From Melioribacteraceae bacterium (GTDB taxonomy: Bacteria; Bacteroidota; Ignavibacteria; Ignavibacteriales; Melioribacteraceae): a DNA stretch of 64,000 nt. Shown here one piece after another: positions 1 through 7,703 of the stretch. Every line of letters starts with the position of its first letter. Position 1 is the first letter of the stretch. Made by a program: the position numbers and the translations under genes. Below the pieces are notes generated by a model. The model was not told where the DNA came from and made no database searches. It was given only the letters and a program-made list of their open reading frames with translations. The stretch lies in contig JALSTB010000013.1 of NCBI GenBank assembly GCA_026983955.1, positions 17,720-81,719 of the forward strand. The letters are read 5' to 3'.

Positions 1-369
1 TAATTTAAGAGCTTCGGAATATTTACCGTTCTTATATCCGGCTATCATTAAAAGAAAACCTATAACTGATAATGCAATGGGGAAGTGTATTACTTTGTTG
101 TGAACATGTTCAAACAAAGTGTCTATGGATATTTCACCCGTTTCCTCCGCCTCTGTCAAAATTTCACTTTCAAGATGTTCTTCAGCAGCTTTTTTGTTTT
201 TATAATTTCCCACAGGTATTCCGTTTATTGCTATTGTGTCATTGCCTACTATGGTTAAAGTATCAGGCTTTTTTGTTCCCTTTTTTTCATGATCACCGTG
301 AGCATAAATTGAGAATGTAAGGAGTAAAACAAATACTGCGGTGTAAACTATAGATTTATAATCATTCAT
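1..369 (-). CDS. DUF2231-like integral membrane protein, N-terminal part only (gene runs off the left edge)
   Basis: Not in the ORF track because there is no stop in the window. My reverse-strand translation from the ATG at 369..367 gives MNDYKSIVYTAVFVLLLTFSIYAHGDHEKKG...TLFEHVHNKVIHFPIALSVIGFLLMIAG, open for 123 codons to position 1. The H-x4-HFPIAL motif resembles DUF2231. The gene starts 3 nt downstream of the preceding gene's stop. Confidence 0.6.
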   Translation of the reverse strand, partial: MNDYKSIVYTAVFVLLLTFSIYAHGDHEKKGTKKPDTLTIVGNDTIAINGIPVGNYKNKKAAEEHLESEILTEAEETGEISIDTLFEHVHNKVIHFPIALSVIGFLLMIAGYKNGKYSEALKL

Positions 370-372
370 AAA

Positions 373-1194
373 TTATATCTCCTTATTTAAACCAATAGAA
401 AATATATAATCAGAAGTTGAAGAATTTAATCCTATTGATAAAATTGTGTTCAATAATAATCCTTGATTTATTAAATAATTATATCCGAACCCCAATTGTT
501 TGGGAGAAGATGTTCCTTGAATAATTGTTGAGTAGGAATCATATCCGATATAAAACGAGTGTTTTTTATTATCCAATATATAAGCGGCTCCGGCGGAAAA
601 TGTGAGGGGGTTCGATATTTCCGTCCCCTCAATTTTACCTAAAAACAAATAACCTAATTGTGCGTAAAACATAAAACCCGACAAATATTTTTTTGCCCCT
701 AATGCAATTTGATAATCATATTCTCCGGTACCAATTCCTAATTTATCGGAAGCGGTAGGCAGCTTTATATAACCGTCCAGTGAAAAAGAAGGAAGTATAT
801 TTTTTTCTTTTATTAATTCGTAACTGGCATTAATGTAAAAATCCCCGATTCCAAAAGCCGGTGAATCCGATGTTCTTCCTTCGCTATCGGACATATGAGG
901 GAAGCCGTTAAACCAGTGGCGCGAGTCTCTTCCCATATGATTATTGGGGATAAAGGTATTTTCAATTTGAGTAAATGTATTTGAAGAGGTAACAACCAAT
1001 GGAAAATTAAAATTCAAATAAACGGGTCCCGATTGATACGTAATGCCGTTGTATAAAAAGAAAGAATTGTGCGACGATCCGTCATCGTATTTGCTGCCTA
1101 CCGTTTGCAGTGAAGAATTAAAATACCATTTCCCTTGTGCAAGAGCGTTATAACGTAACAATAATATTGTCAATAACAACATGATGGTTTTCAT
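373..1194 (-). CDS. Secreted putative outer-membrane beta-barrel protein (family uncertain)
   Basis: 273-aa ORF with signal peptide MKTIMLLLTILLLRYNALAQ. It shows alternating hydrophobic/polar strand patterns with aromatic residues (GYDSYS, GFGYNY, FSIGLN). It has a His/Met-containing loop, HMGRDSRHWFNGFPHMSD. It lies 14 nt downstream of the Met-rich gene. Confidence 0.6.
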   Translation of the reverse strand: MKTIMLLLTILLLRYNALAQGKWYFNSSLQTVGSKYDDGSSHNSFFLYNGITYQSGPVYLNFNFPLVVTSSNTFTQIENTFIPNNHMGRDSRHWFNGFPHMSDSEGRTSDSPAFGIGDFYINASYELIKEKNILPSFSLDGYIKLPTASDKLGIGTGEYDYQIALGAKKYLSGFMFYAQLGYLFLGKIEGTEISNPLTFSAGAAYILDNKKHSFYIGYDSYSTIIQGTSSPKQLGFGYNYLINQGLLLNTILSIGLNSSTSDYIFSIGLNKEI

Positions 1195-1208
1195 GATTTT
1201 GTCCTTGA

Positions 1209-1718
1209 TTATTTATTCAGTTCTTTTTTCCTTTTTTCAAGTTTGTTCAGCATGTTATCATAATTCTTCATCATGTGTTTCATATTTTCCATCATATCAT
1301 TCATGTTTTTCATCATGTCTTTGTCTTGCATCATCTCCTTGTTTTGCATCATTTCCTTCATATGTTCCAGCATTTGTTTCATATTTTCCGACATCATATT
1401 CATATTTCCCATCATGCCAGCCATACCTTGAGAGTGTTGCATACCTTTCATCATGCCTTTATTCATCATTTGTTGTTGCTTACCCTTCATCATATTTTTA
1501 TCCATTCCTTGCATCATGTTTTGCATGCGTGTATGCATTTGATTCATATGTTCCATCATTTTTTCCATATTCATCATATTTTGCTGCATCATGTGTTGCA
1601 TATTTTTCTGCATGTTTTGATGCATGTGATTATTTTGGGCAAATAAGTTAGTTGTGCCGGCAAACAGCAAGAAAACCATACTTGCCGTTAAAACGAGTTT
1701 ATTAATTGCTTTTTTCAT
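1209..1718 (-). CDS. Secreted hyper-methionine-rich protein, putative periplasmic Cu(I)/Ag(I) binder
   Basis: 169 aa with signal peptide MKKAINKLVLTASMVFLLFAGTTNLFAQ. I count about 45 Met and about 8 His in about 141 mature residues, and no Cys. An AAGGAG RBS sits 7 nt upstream of the ATG. It is co-directional with the cus genes. Confidence 0.75.
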   Translation of the reverse strand: MKKAINKLVLTASMVFLLFAGTTNLFAQNNHMHQNMQKNMQHMMQQNMMNMEKMMEHMNQMHTRMQNMMQGMDKNMMKGKQQQMMNKGMMKGMQHSQGMAGMMGNMNMMSENMKQMLEHMKEMMQNKEMMQDKDMMKNMNDMMENMKHMMKNYDNMLNKLEKRKKELNK

Positions 1719-1756
1719 GGTAGTTCTCCTTATATTGTTGTGTTTTTGTTTTACAG

Positions 1757-2305
1757 CTATTTAACTTTATAGCCGTTTTCTTTTAATTTATTTATTGCAT
1801 CTTTAATAGAAACTTCTTTAAGATTCATACCACAGACCGGACATTCACCTGCTTCATCGGAAATTACATTCCAATCCATTTGATCTTGAAAAACTTTCCC
1901 ATCGCCGTTTTCATCAATTGCCTCGACATCAATTACACCTTTCCTAACAATAAAGTTTTTTTTGGCGGCGGCAATTTGTTCTTTATGTGCTTTAGCTTCT
2001 TTCAGGTTCATCATCTGTCCGTTTTTCATCAATCCGCGGTCTTTAACGTTTATGGATACCTCAGCCATTTTCATTCCGCATTCCTGGCAATTACTTTCTT
2101 TGTCGGAGATTTGATTTTTGTGCATTGGACATTGATATACTTTGCCATCTTTGTTTTTGTCGTATTGCATGATTTTTTTAGAGCTTATCTCACCTGATTT
2201 TATATCGGTATTATGTTTGTGATTATGTTCTTGTCCCAATGATTGACTTGTAGCAATTGACATCATCAGTATTGCAAACGATATTAGTTTAATTATCTTT
2301 TTCAT
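1757..2305 (-). CDS. Secreted protein with two heavy-metal-binding (CxxCGM-type, HMBD-like) modules
   Basis: 182 aa with a signal peptide and a His-rich mature N-terminus, QEHNHKHN. Module 1 is DKNKDGKVYQCPMHKNQISDKESNCQECGMKM. Module 2 is DENGDGKVFQDQMDWNVISDEAGECPVCGMNL. The C-terminal ~65 aa are paralogous to the CusB C-terminus. An AAGGAG RBS is present. Confidence 0.8.
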   Translation of the reverse strand: MKKIIKLISFAILMMSIATSQSLGQEHNHKHNTDIKSGEISSKKIMQYDKNKDGKVYQCPMHKNQISDKESNCQECGMKMAEVSINVKDRGLMKNGQMMNLKEAKAHKEQIAAAKKNFIVRKGVIDVEAIDENGDGKVFQDQMDWNVISDEAGECPVCGMNLKEVSIKDAINKLKENGYKVK

Positions 2306-2320
2306 GTTAACTCCTTGGTT

Positions 2321-2656
2321 TTATTTGATTACATTAATTTCACCGGTTTTGATTCTAACCGATTTTTCTATATTTGATACGAAAATCCAGCCGTCGCCGC
2401 TTTTACCTGTTCTTCCGTATTCGGCAATAACATTAACCAGCTCATCGGATTTTTCATCTTCACAAACCAGTTCAATTTTTACCACGGCAGAATATTTCTG
2501 AACATACTTAATTGAAAAGCTGAAAGCGTCTTCATCTGCCCATTCCGATAGGGCGTTGGCATCGAGAAGAGTCATTCCGGTAACCCCGGCTTCTTCCAAT
2601 TTTTGAATAACCAATTCAGCCCGGTCATGCCTGATGTATGCTTTGATTTCTTTCAT
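2321..2656 (-). CDS. PII (GlnB)-like signal-transduction-fold protein associated with metal efflux
   Basis: 111 aa. It aligns by eye to GlnB: MKEIKAYIR, GVTGMT, VKIELV, TGKSGDGWIFVSNIEKSVRIKTGE. The T-loop region is acidic and lacks the GlnB Tyr51 context. Confidence 0.85.
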   Translation of the reverse strand: MKEIKAYIRHDRAELVIQKLEEAGVTGMTLLDANALSEWADEDAFSFSIKYVQKYSAVVKIELVCEDEKSDELVNVIAEYGRTGKSGDGWIFVSNIEKSVRIKTGEINVIK

Positions 2657-2690
2657 GTTTACCTCTTTGATTAATGAACATCATATTCTA

Positions 2691-2792
2691 TTATTTGCAA
2701 CAACTTTTACCATTATTGGCTTTAACAACCTTTCTGTACATTAGCAGTCCGATTAACCCTGCCAATATTACAATGATAATTATCTCCGTCAT
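2691..2792 (-). CDS. Unannotated 33-aa single-TM peptide with C-terminal Cys-Cys (FeoB-associated Cys-rich membrane protein-like)
   Basis: My own translation is MTEIIIIVILAGLIGLLMYRKVVKANNGKSCCK. Its ATG overlaps the cusA TGA as ATGA (2789..2792). It falls below the ORF-track size cutoff. Confidence 0.4.
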   Translation of the reverse strand: MTEIIIIVILAGLIGLLMYRKVVKANNGKSCCK

Positions 2793-5700
2793 TTTTCCGT
2801 TTCTTTATTTGTTTGATTGTTTTCATTTAAATTAAATTCAGGTATTAACTTTTTTAATTCCCTTTTTTTAATTATATAGAATATTGCGGGGAAAAGAGTT
2901 AATTCCATTAACATGCTCGTAATAATTCCACCAACCATCGGGGCAGCAATGCGCTTCATAACATCGGAACCGATACCGGTGCCAATAACGATAGGGAACA
3001 GACCGAGCATAGTTGTCATTACGGTCATCATTTTCGGACGTATACGTTTTACGGCACCTTCGAATATTGCTTCTCTTAAATCCGATACTGATTTCAGAAG
3101 ACCGTTCTTTTTAAATTTATCGTACGCAATGTCCAGGTACAGTAGCATTACAACTCCGGTCTCGGCACTAACACCCAGCAATGCAATAATTCCAACCCAT
3201 ACTGCAACACTGATATTAAAATCTGCCGCATATAAATACCATACGGCGCCAACCATTGAAAAGGGAAGGGCTAAAAGGATTATTCCGGTTTTAATCCATG
3301 ATTTGGTATTGATGTAAAGAAGCAAAATTACAATTAACAAAGTAATGGGAATTACCATTGCCAAGCGTTTGCCAGAACGTTCCATGTATTCGTATTGACC
3401 GCTCCAAATAAGAGAGTATCCCGGGGGCAATTCGATTTTCTCGGCTATAATTTTTTTTGCGTTTTCTACATACGTACCAACATCGATGTCTTTAAGATCA
3501 ATATATACCCAAGCATTCGGACGTGCGTTTTCGGATTTGATTGCAGGTGGACCTTTTTTGATTTCCAAATCGGCCAATTCTGCAAGCGGGACGTATCCGC
3601 CGTTCTTAACCGGTACTCGTACACGTTTCAGTTCTTCTATATTTTCCCTGTAATCCCGCTGATACCGGAGATTAACCGGATAGCGTTCCAATCCTTCAAC
3701 TGTTTTGGTGATATTCATTCCACCAATGGCGGACATAATTACATCTTGTACATCGTCTATTGTTAAACCGTAGCGCGCAATTGCATCACGTTTAATGTTA
3801 AAGTCGATATAATTTCCTCCGGCTGAACGTTCGGCATAAGCAGAGCGTGTACCGGGAATGGTTTTGGCAACCTGTTCGATTTCCTTTCCGATTTTTTGCA
3901 ACACGTTTATATCCGGACCGGCAATTTTAATACCCACCGGTGTTTTAATTCCCGTTGCCAACATATCGATTCTGGTTTTAATAGGCATTGTCCAGGCGTT
4001 TGTCAATCCGGGAAATTGAATAGCCGAGTTCAATTCTTCAACCAAGCTTTCCGGTGTAACGCCGGGCCGCCATTGGTCACGCGGTTTTAGTTGTATGGTT
4101 GTTTCAATCATTGAGAGAGGCGCCGGATCCGTAGCGGTTTCCGCCCGTCCAATTTTTCCGAAAACGGATTCAACTTCAGGGAAAGTTTTAATTATTCTGT
4201 CCGTTTGTTGCAAAATTTCCTTTGCTTTTGTGATTGAGATGCCGGGCAGAGTAGTTGGCATGTAAAGCAAATCACCTTCATACAAAGGAGGCATGAATTC
4301 GGAGCCAAGTTTTGCATACGGGAAGTATGTAATAACCATTATAATGAGAGCTCCAATTAATACCGCCCATCGTTTTTTCATCACAAAATCCACAACAGGA
4401 TGGTATATTTTGGTGAGGAATTTTGTAATCGGGTTATTTTCTTCCGAACGCATTTTACCTCTTACGAAAAATCCGAGCAATACTGGAACGATAGTAACCG
4501 CTAATATTGCTGCAGCTGCCATGGAATAAGTTTTAGTATACGCCAAAGGTTTGAATAACCTGCCTTCTTGTTGTTCCAAAGTAAAAACGGGCAAAAATGA
4601 AACCGTTATTACCAAAAGGGAATAGAATATAGATGGCCCGACTTCTTTTGCGGATTCAAGAATAATTGCCCAGTGCGGTCTTTGTTTTTCTTTGGGAAGT
4701 TCTTGCTCGCGTGCCAAGTGTGTGTGTGCATTTTCCACCATCACAATTGCGGCATCTACCATAGCGCCAATTGCTATTGCAATTCCGCCAAGCGACATAA
4801 TATTGGCGTTTATACCTTGCATTTCCATTATTACGTATGATGCCAATACGGCTGTTGGCAAGGTAAAGATTGCAACCAACGAGCTTCTAACATGTAAGAG
4901 AAAAATCATTATTATTATTGCTACAATTATGCTTTCTTCGGTAAGTGTGTTTTTCAAGTTTGCAATCGCTGCATTAATTAAATCGGATCTGTCGTATGAA
5001 GTAATGATTTCCACATCTTCAGGTAAAGAAGTTTTCAATTCTTCCAATCTTTGTTTAACGCGGTTAATTACTTCCAAAGCATTATCACCGTAACGCATTA
5101 CAATGATTCCCCCTACGGTTTCACCCTCGCCGTTCCAGTCGGCAAGTCCGCGCCGCAATTCGGGACCTATATCGATATTCGCAACATTTTCGAGGTAAAC
5201 GGGTGTACCGGTTTCCGGGTTTACGCCGATAACAATCTTTTTCAAATCTTCCACACTTTTAATATAACCGAGACCTCTGACCATAAATTCCATTTCACCG
5301 ATTTCCAAAAGTCTTCCGCCTACATCATTGTTGCTGCGTTTGATAGCCATTTTAACTTTACTTAAAGGAATACCGAACGATGCCAATTTGTTAGGATCGA
5401 TATTAACTTGATACTGCTTTACGAAGCCGCCGATACTTGCAACTTCCGAAACGCCGGGTAAAGCCGATAATTCATAACGTAAGAACCAATCTTGAATTGA
5501 ACGTAATTCTTGCAAATCCCTTTTATCGGATTTGAGTACGTATTGATAAACCCAACCGAGACCGGTTGCATCGGGTCCGAGCGTGGGGGATACGCCTTCC
5601 GGTAAATCTTTCTGCAAAGAACTTAAATATTCCAAAACACGGCTGCGTGCCCAATAAATATCCGTCCCGTCTTCAAAAATTATATACACCATCGAAAATC

Positions 5701-5995
5701 CGAAGAACGAATAGCCACGTACCACCTTAGCATAAGGAACGGAAAGCATTTTAGTTGTCATCGGGTAGGTTACTTGATCTTCTACAATTTGTGGACCTTG
5801 TCCGGGATATTCGGTAAATATAATAACTTGCACATCACTTAAATCCGGTTGGGCATCAACGGCAATATTATTTATTGCCCAAACGCCGGCTGCTATAAGT
5901 GCAATTGTTAAAATGATAACCATGAATTTATTATTAATCGACCATTCAATTAATTTGGCAATGAGACCATCTTTTTGATTTCCTGCTGGTACCAT
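2789..5995 (-). CDS. cusA: Heavy-metal efflux RND pump, CusA type (Cu(I)/Ag(I))
   Basis: 1068 aa with 12-TM RND architecture. It has the CusA/CzcA-family N-terminus LIAKLIEWSINNKF. The contexts of the three CusA relay methionines are conserved as I recall them from E. coli CusA: DLLYMPTT, SMIETTIQL, IDMLATG. Confidence 0.95.
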   Translation of the reverse strand: MVPAGNQKDGLIAKLIEWSINNKFMVIILTIALIAAGVWAINNIAVDAQPDLSDVQVIIFTEYPGQGPQIVEDQVTYPMTTKMLSVPYAKVVRGYSFFGFSMVYIIFEDGTDIYWARSRVLEYLSSLQKDLPEGVSPTLGPDATGLGWVYQYVLKSDKRDLQELRSIQDWFLRYELSALPGVSEVASIGGFVKQYQVNIDPNKLASFGIPLSKVKMAIKRSNNDVGGRLLEIGEMEFMVRGLGYIKSVEDLKKIVIGVNPETGTPVYLENVANIDIGPELRRGLADWNGEGETVGGIIVMRYGDNALEVINRVKQRLEELKTSLPEDVEIITSYDRSDLINAAIANLKNTLTEESIIVAIIIMIFLLHVRSSLVAIFTLPTAVLASYVIMEMQGINANIMSLGGIAIAIGAMVDAAIVMVENAHTHLAREQELPKEKQRPHWAIILESAKEVGPSIFYSLLVITVSFLPVFTLEQQEGRLFKPLAYTKTYSMAAAAILAVTIVPVLLGFFVRGKMRSEENNPITKFLTKIYHPVVDFVMKKRWAVLIGALIIMVITYFPYAKLGSEFMPPLYEGDLLYMPTTLPGISITKAKEILQQTDRIIKTFPEVESVFGKIGRAETATDPAPLSMIETTIQLKPRDQWRPGVTPESLVEELNSAIQFPGLTNAWTMPIKTRIDMLATGIKTPVGIKIAGPDINVLQKIGKEIEQVAKTIPGTRSAYAERSAGGNYIDFNIKRDAIARYGLTIDDVQDVIMSAIGGMNITKTVEGLERYPVNLRYQRDYRENIEELKRVRVPVKNGGYVPLAELADLEIKKGPPAIKSENARPNAWVYIDLKDIDVGTYVENAKKIIAEKIELPPGYSLIWSGQYEYMERSGKRLAMVIPITLLIVILLLYINTKSWIKTGIILLALPFSMVGAVWYLYAADFNISVAVWVGIIALLGVSAETGVVMLLYLDIAYDKFKKNGLLKSVSDLREAIFEGAVKRIRPKMMTVMTTMLGLFPIVIGTGIGSDVMKRIAAPMVGGIITSMLMELTLFPAIFYIIKKRELKKLIPEFNLNENNQTNKETEK

Positions 5996-6074
5996 ATTTA
6001 TCTCCTAAATTTCTTGATGGTTTTTGCTTCGTATCGCATCAGAATTATTACGGCGAAACAAAAACATTCTTACT

Positions 6075-7703
6075 TTATTTATATTGATATCCGTGTTCTT
6101 TCAAATTTTTCTTTGCTTCTTCAACGGTTACTTCCTGTAAATACATTCCACATACAGGGCATCTTCCTTCCGAATCCGATATGACATTCCAATCCATCAA
6201 ATCTTGATAAACCTTTCCGTCTCCGTTTTTATCAATTGCTTCCAAATCGATAACCCCGGTCCTTACAATATTTTCTCCGCCCATTTCATCCTCACCGGAG
6301 TTTTTATTTTTTTCCATATTCATATTTTTCATTGCACTTTTTGCCGTATCGTTTTCATTCGTTCTAGCCGAAGAGAATAATTTTACCGCAGCCCTTAAAC
6401 TGCTTTCGGAATCTATCATGAATTGACCTGAAACAACGATAATATCCTTTTCTTTAAGTCCATCCAGAACTTGATAATAACCTTTGGAATAATGACCTAA
6501 AGTAACTTCAACAGGTTTGAATTTGCCATCGCCCAACGATAGAATTACAATTGCCGATTTACCGCTTCTTATGACAGCCGTTTCGGGCACAACCGGTGTG
6601 GGTTCGAATTCATTACCGCTAATTTCAACATTGGCAAACATCGAAGGTTTAAGCTCTTCATTTTTATTATCCAAATCGATACGTACTTTAACGGTTCTGG
6701 TAACGGGATCTACAGTCGGGTAGATAAACGAAACTTTACCTGTATAGACTTTACCGGGTTTGTAGCTGAAATAAATTTTCACTTTGTTACCCAATTGTAT
6801 TTTATCCAGTTCACTTTCATAAATATCCGCTTTCAACCAAAGTTTGGTTAAATTGGCAACCTTCATGATTTCGTTTCCTGCTTTTATTCGATCTCCTTGT
6901 AAAACATTTTTGGAGATAACCGTTCCGTTGAACGGTGCATAAAGAGTAATATACTTTTTAACTTTTTTAGTTTTAATTAAGTTATCTATTTCCGGTTTGC
7001 TCACGTCGTATAATTCCAGTTTACGTTTTGCGTTTTCGAGGACAGATGCACCTTTGTTGTACATTAATGCAGTTAACAATTCTTGCTGTGCAGCGACCAA
7101 TTCGGGTGAATAAATGTCAACTAATTTTTGACCTTTAACTACTTTTTGTCCGACATAATTAACATAAAGTTTTTCAATCCACCCGTTAATTTTAGTGGTA
7201 ACGGCATATTCTTTGGTTTCATCGGTATCCAGATAACCGTTTGTGTAAACAACGGGTGAAAGTTTTTTCTTTTCAACCATAGTCATTTTCACGTTCATAC
7301 TTTGAAGAACGGAACCATCGACAGTAACAACTCCCGATGCGCCACCTTCATCTTCGTAAACCGGAACCAAATCCATCCCCATTTTCGACTTACCCGGCGC
7401 ATCATAAATTTCGTTCGGATTCATCGGTGCCCGCCAGTATAAAATTTTTCTTTCACCTTGTTTTGTAGAAGCGGATTTATTTTGTGTACTTTTAATGGGT
7501 GTTAATTTCATTCCGCAAATAGGGCAATTTCCCGGTTCTTTCTCGATTATATCTGGGTGCATACCGCATGAATACAACGTTTCTTCATCTTCGTGCATGT
7601 GGGTTTCGGTTGAGTTGTTGGGAATTATTAAATACAACGCTCCAGCGCCAATTAAAATCCCGATAATAAATATCACTGTGTACGTTAATATTTTATTCTT
7701 CAT
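6075..7703 (-). CDS. cusB: RND periplasmic adaptor, CusB type, with extra N- and C-terminal metal-binding modules
   Basis: 542 aa. The N-terminal HMBD is YSCGMHPDIIEKEPGNCPICGMKL. The CusB three-Met site context is PMNPNEIYDAPGKSKMGMDLVPVY. It has an MFP lipoyl/beta-barrel core, a Met-rich linker (AMKNMNMEKN) and a C-terminal DKNGDGKVYQDLMDWNVISDSEGRCPVCGMYL module. Confidence 0.9.
   Translation of the reverse strand: MKNKILTYTVIFIIGILIGAGALYLIIPNNSTETHMHEDEETLYSCGMHPDIIEKEPGNCPICGMKLTPIKSTQNKSASTKQGERKILYWRAPMNPNEIYDAPGKSKMGMDLVPVYEDEGGASGVVTVDGSVLQSMNVKMTMVEKKKLSPVVYTNGYLDTDETKEYAVTTKINGWIEKLYVNYVGQKVVKGQKLVDIYSPELVAAQQELLTALMYNKGASVLENAKRKLELYDVSKPEIDNLIKTKKVKKYITLYAPFNGTVISKNVLQGDRIKAGNEIMKVANLTKLWLKADIYESELDKIQLGNKVKIYFSYKPGKVYTGKVSFIYPTVDPVTRTVKVRIDLDNKNEELKPSMFANVEISGNEFEPTPVVPETAVIRSGKSAIVILSLGDGKFKPVEVTLGHYSKGYYQVLDGLKEKDIIVVSGQFMIDSESSLRAAVKLFSSARTNENDTAKSAMKNMNMEKNKNSGEDEMGGENIVRTGVIDLEAIDKNGDGKVYQDLMDWNVISDSEGRCPVCGMYLQEVTVEEAKKNLKEHGYQYK

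Noticed and set aside
1275-1646. 123-aa extremely His-rich ORF on the plus strand (MFHIFHHIIHVFHH...), and the overlapping 156-aa Ser/Cys/Phe-rich ORF at 1181..1651
   Set aside because: They are mirror artefacts of the Met-rich gene, since ATG on one strand reads CAT (His) on the other. The minus-strand ORF has a signal peptide, an AAGGAG RBS and operon context. The plus-strand ORFs have none of these.
1209-1718. Short-period nucleotide repetition (ATGATG/CATCAT) that could be mistaken for a tandem repeat or CRISPR-like array
   Set aside because: There are no unit repeats of constant length with unique spacers. The periodicity is codon-level low complexity of a coding region.
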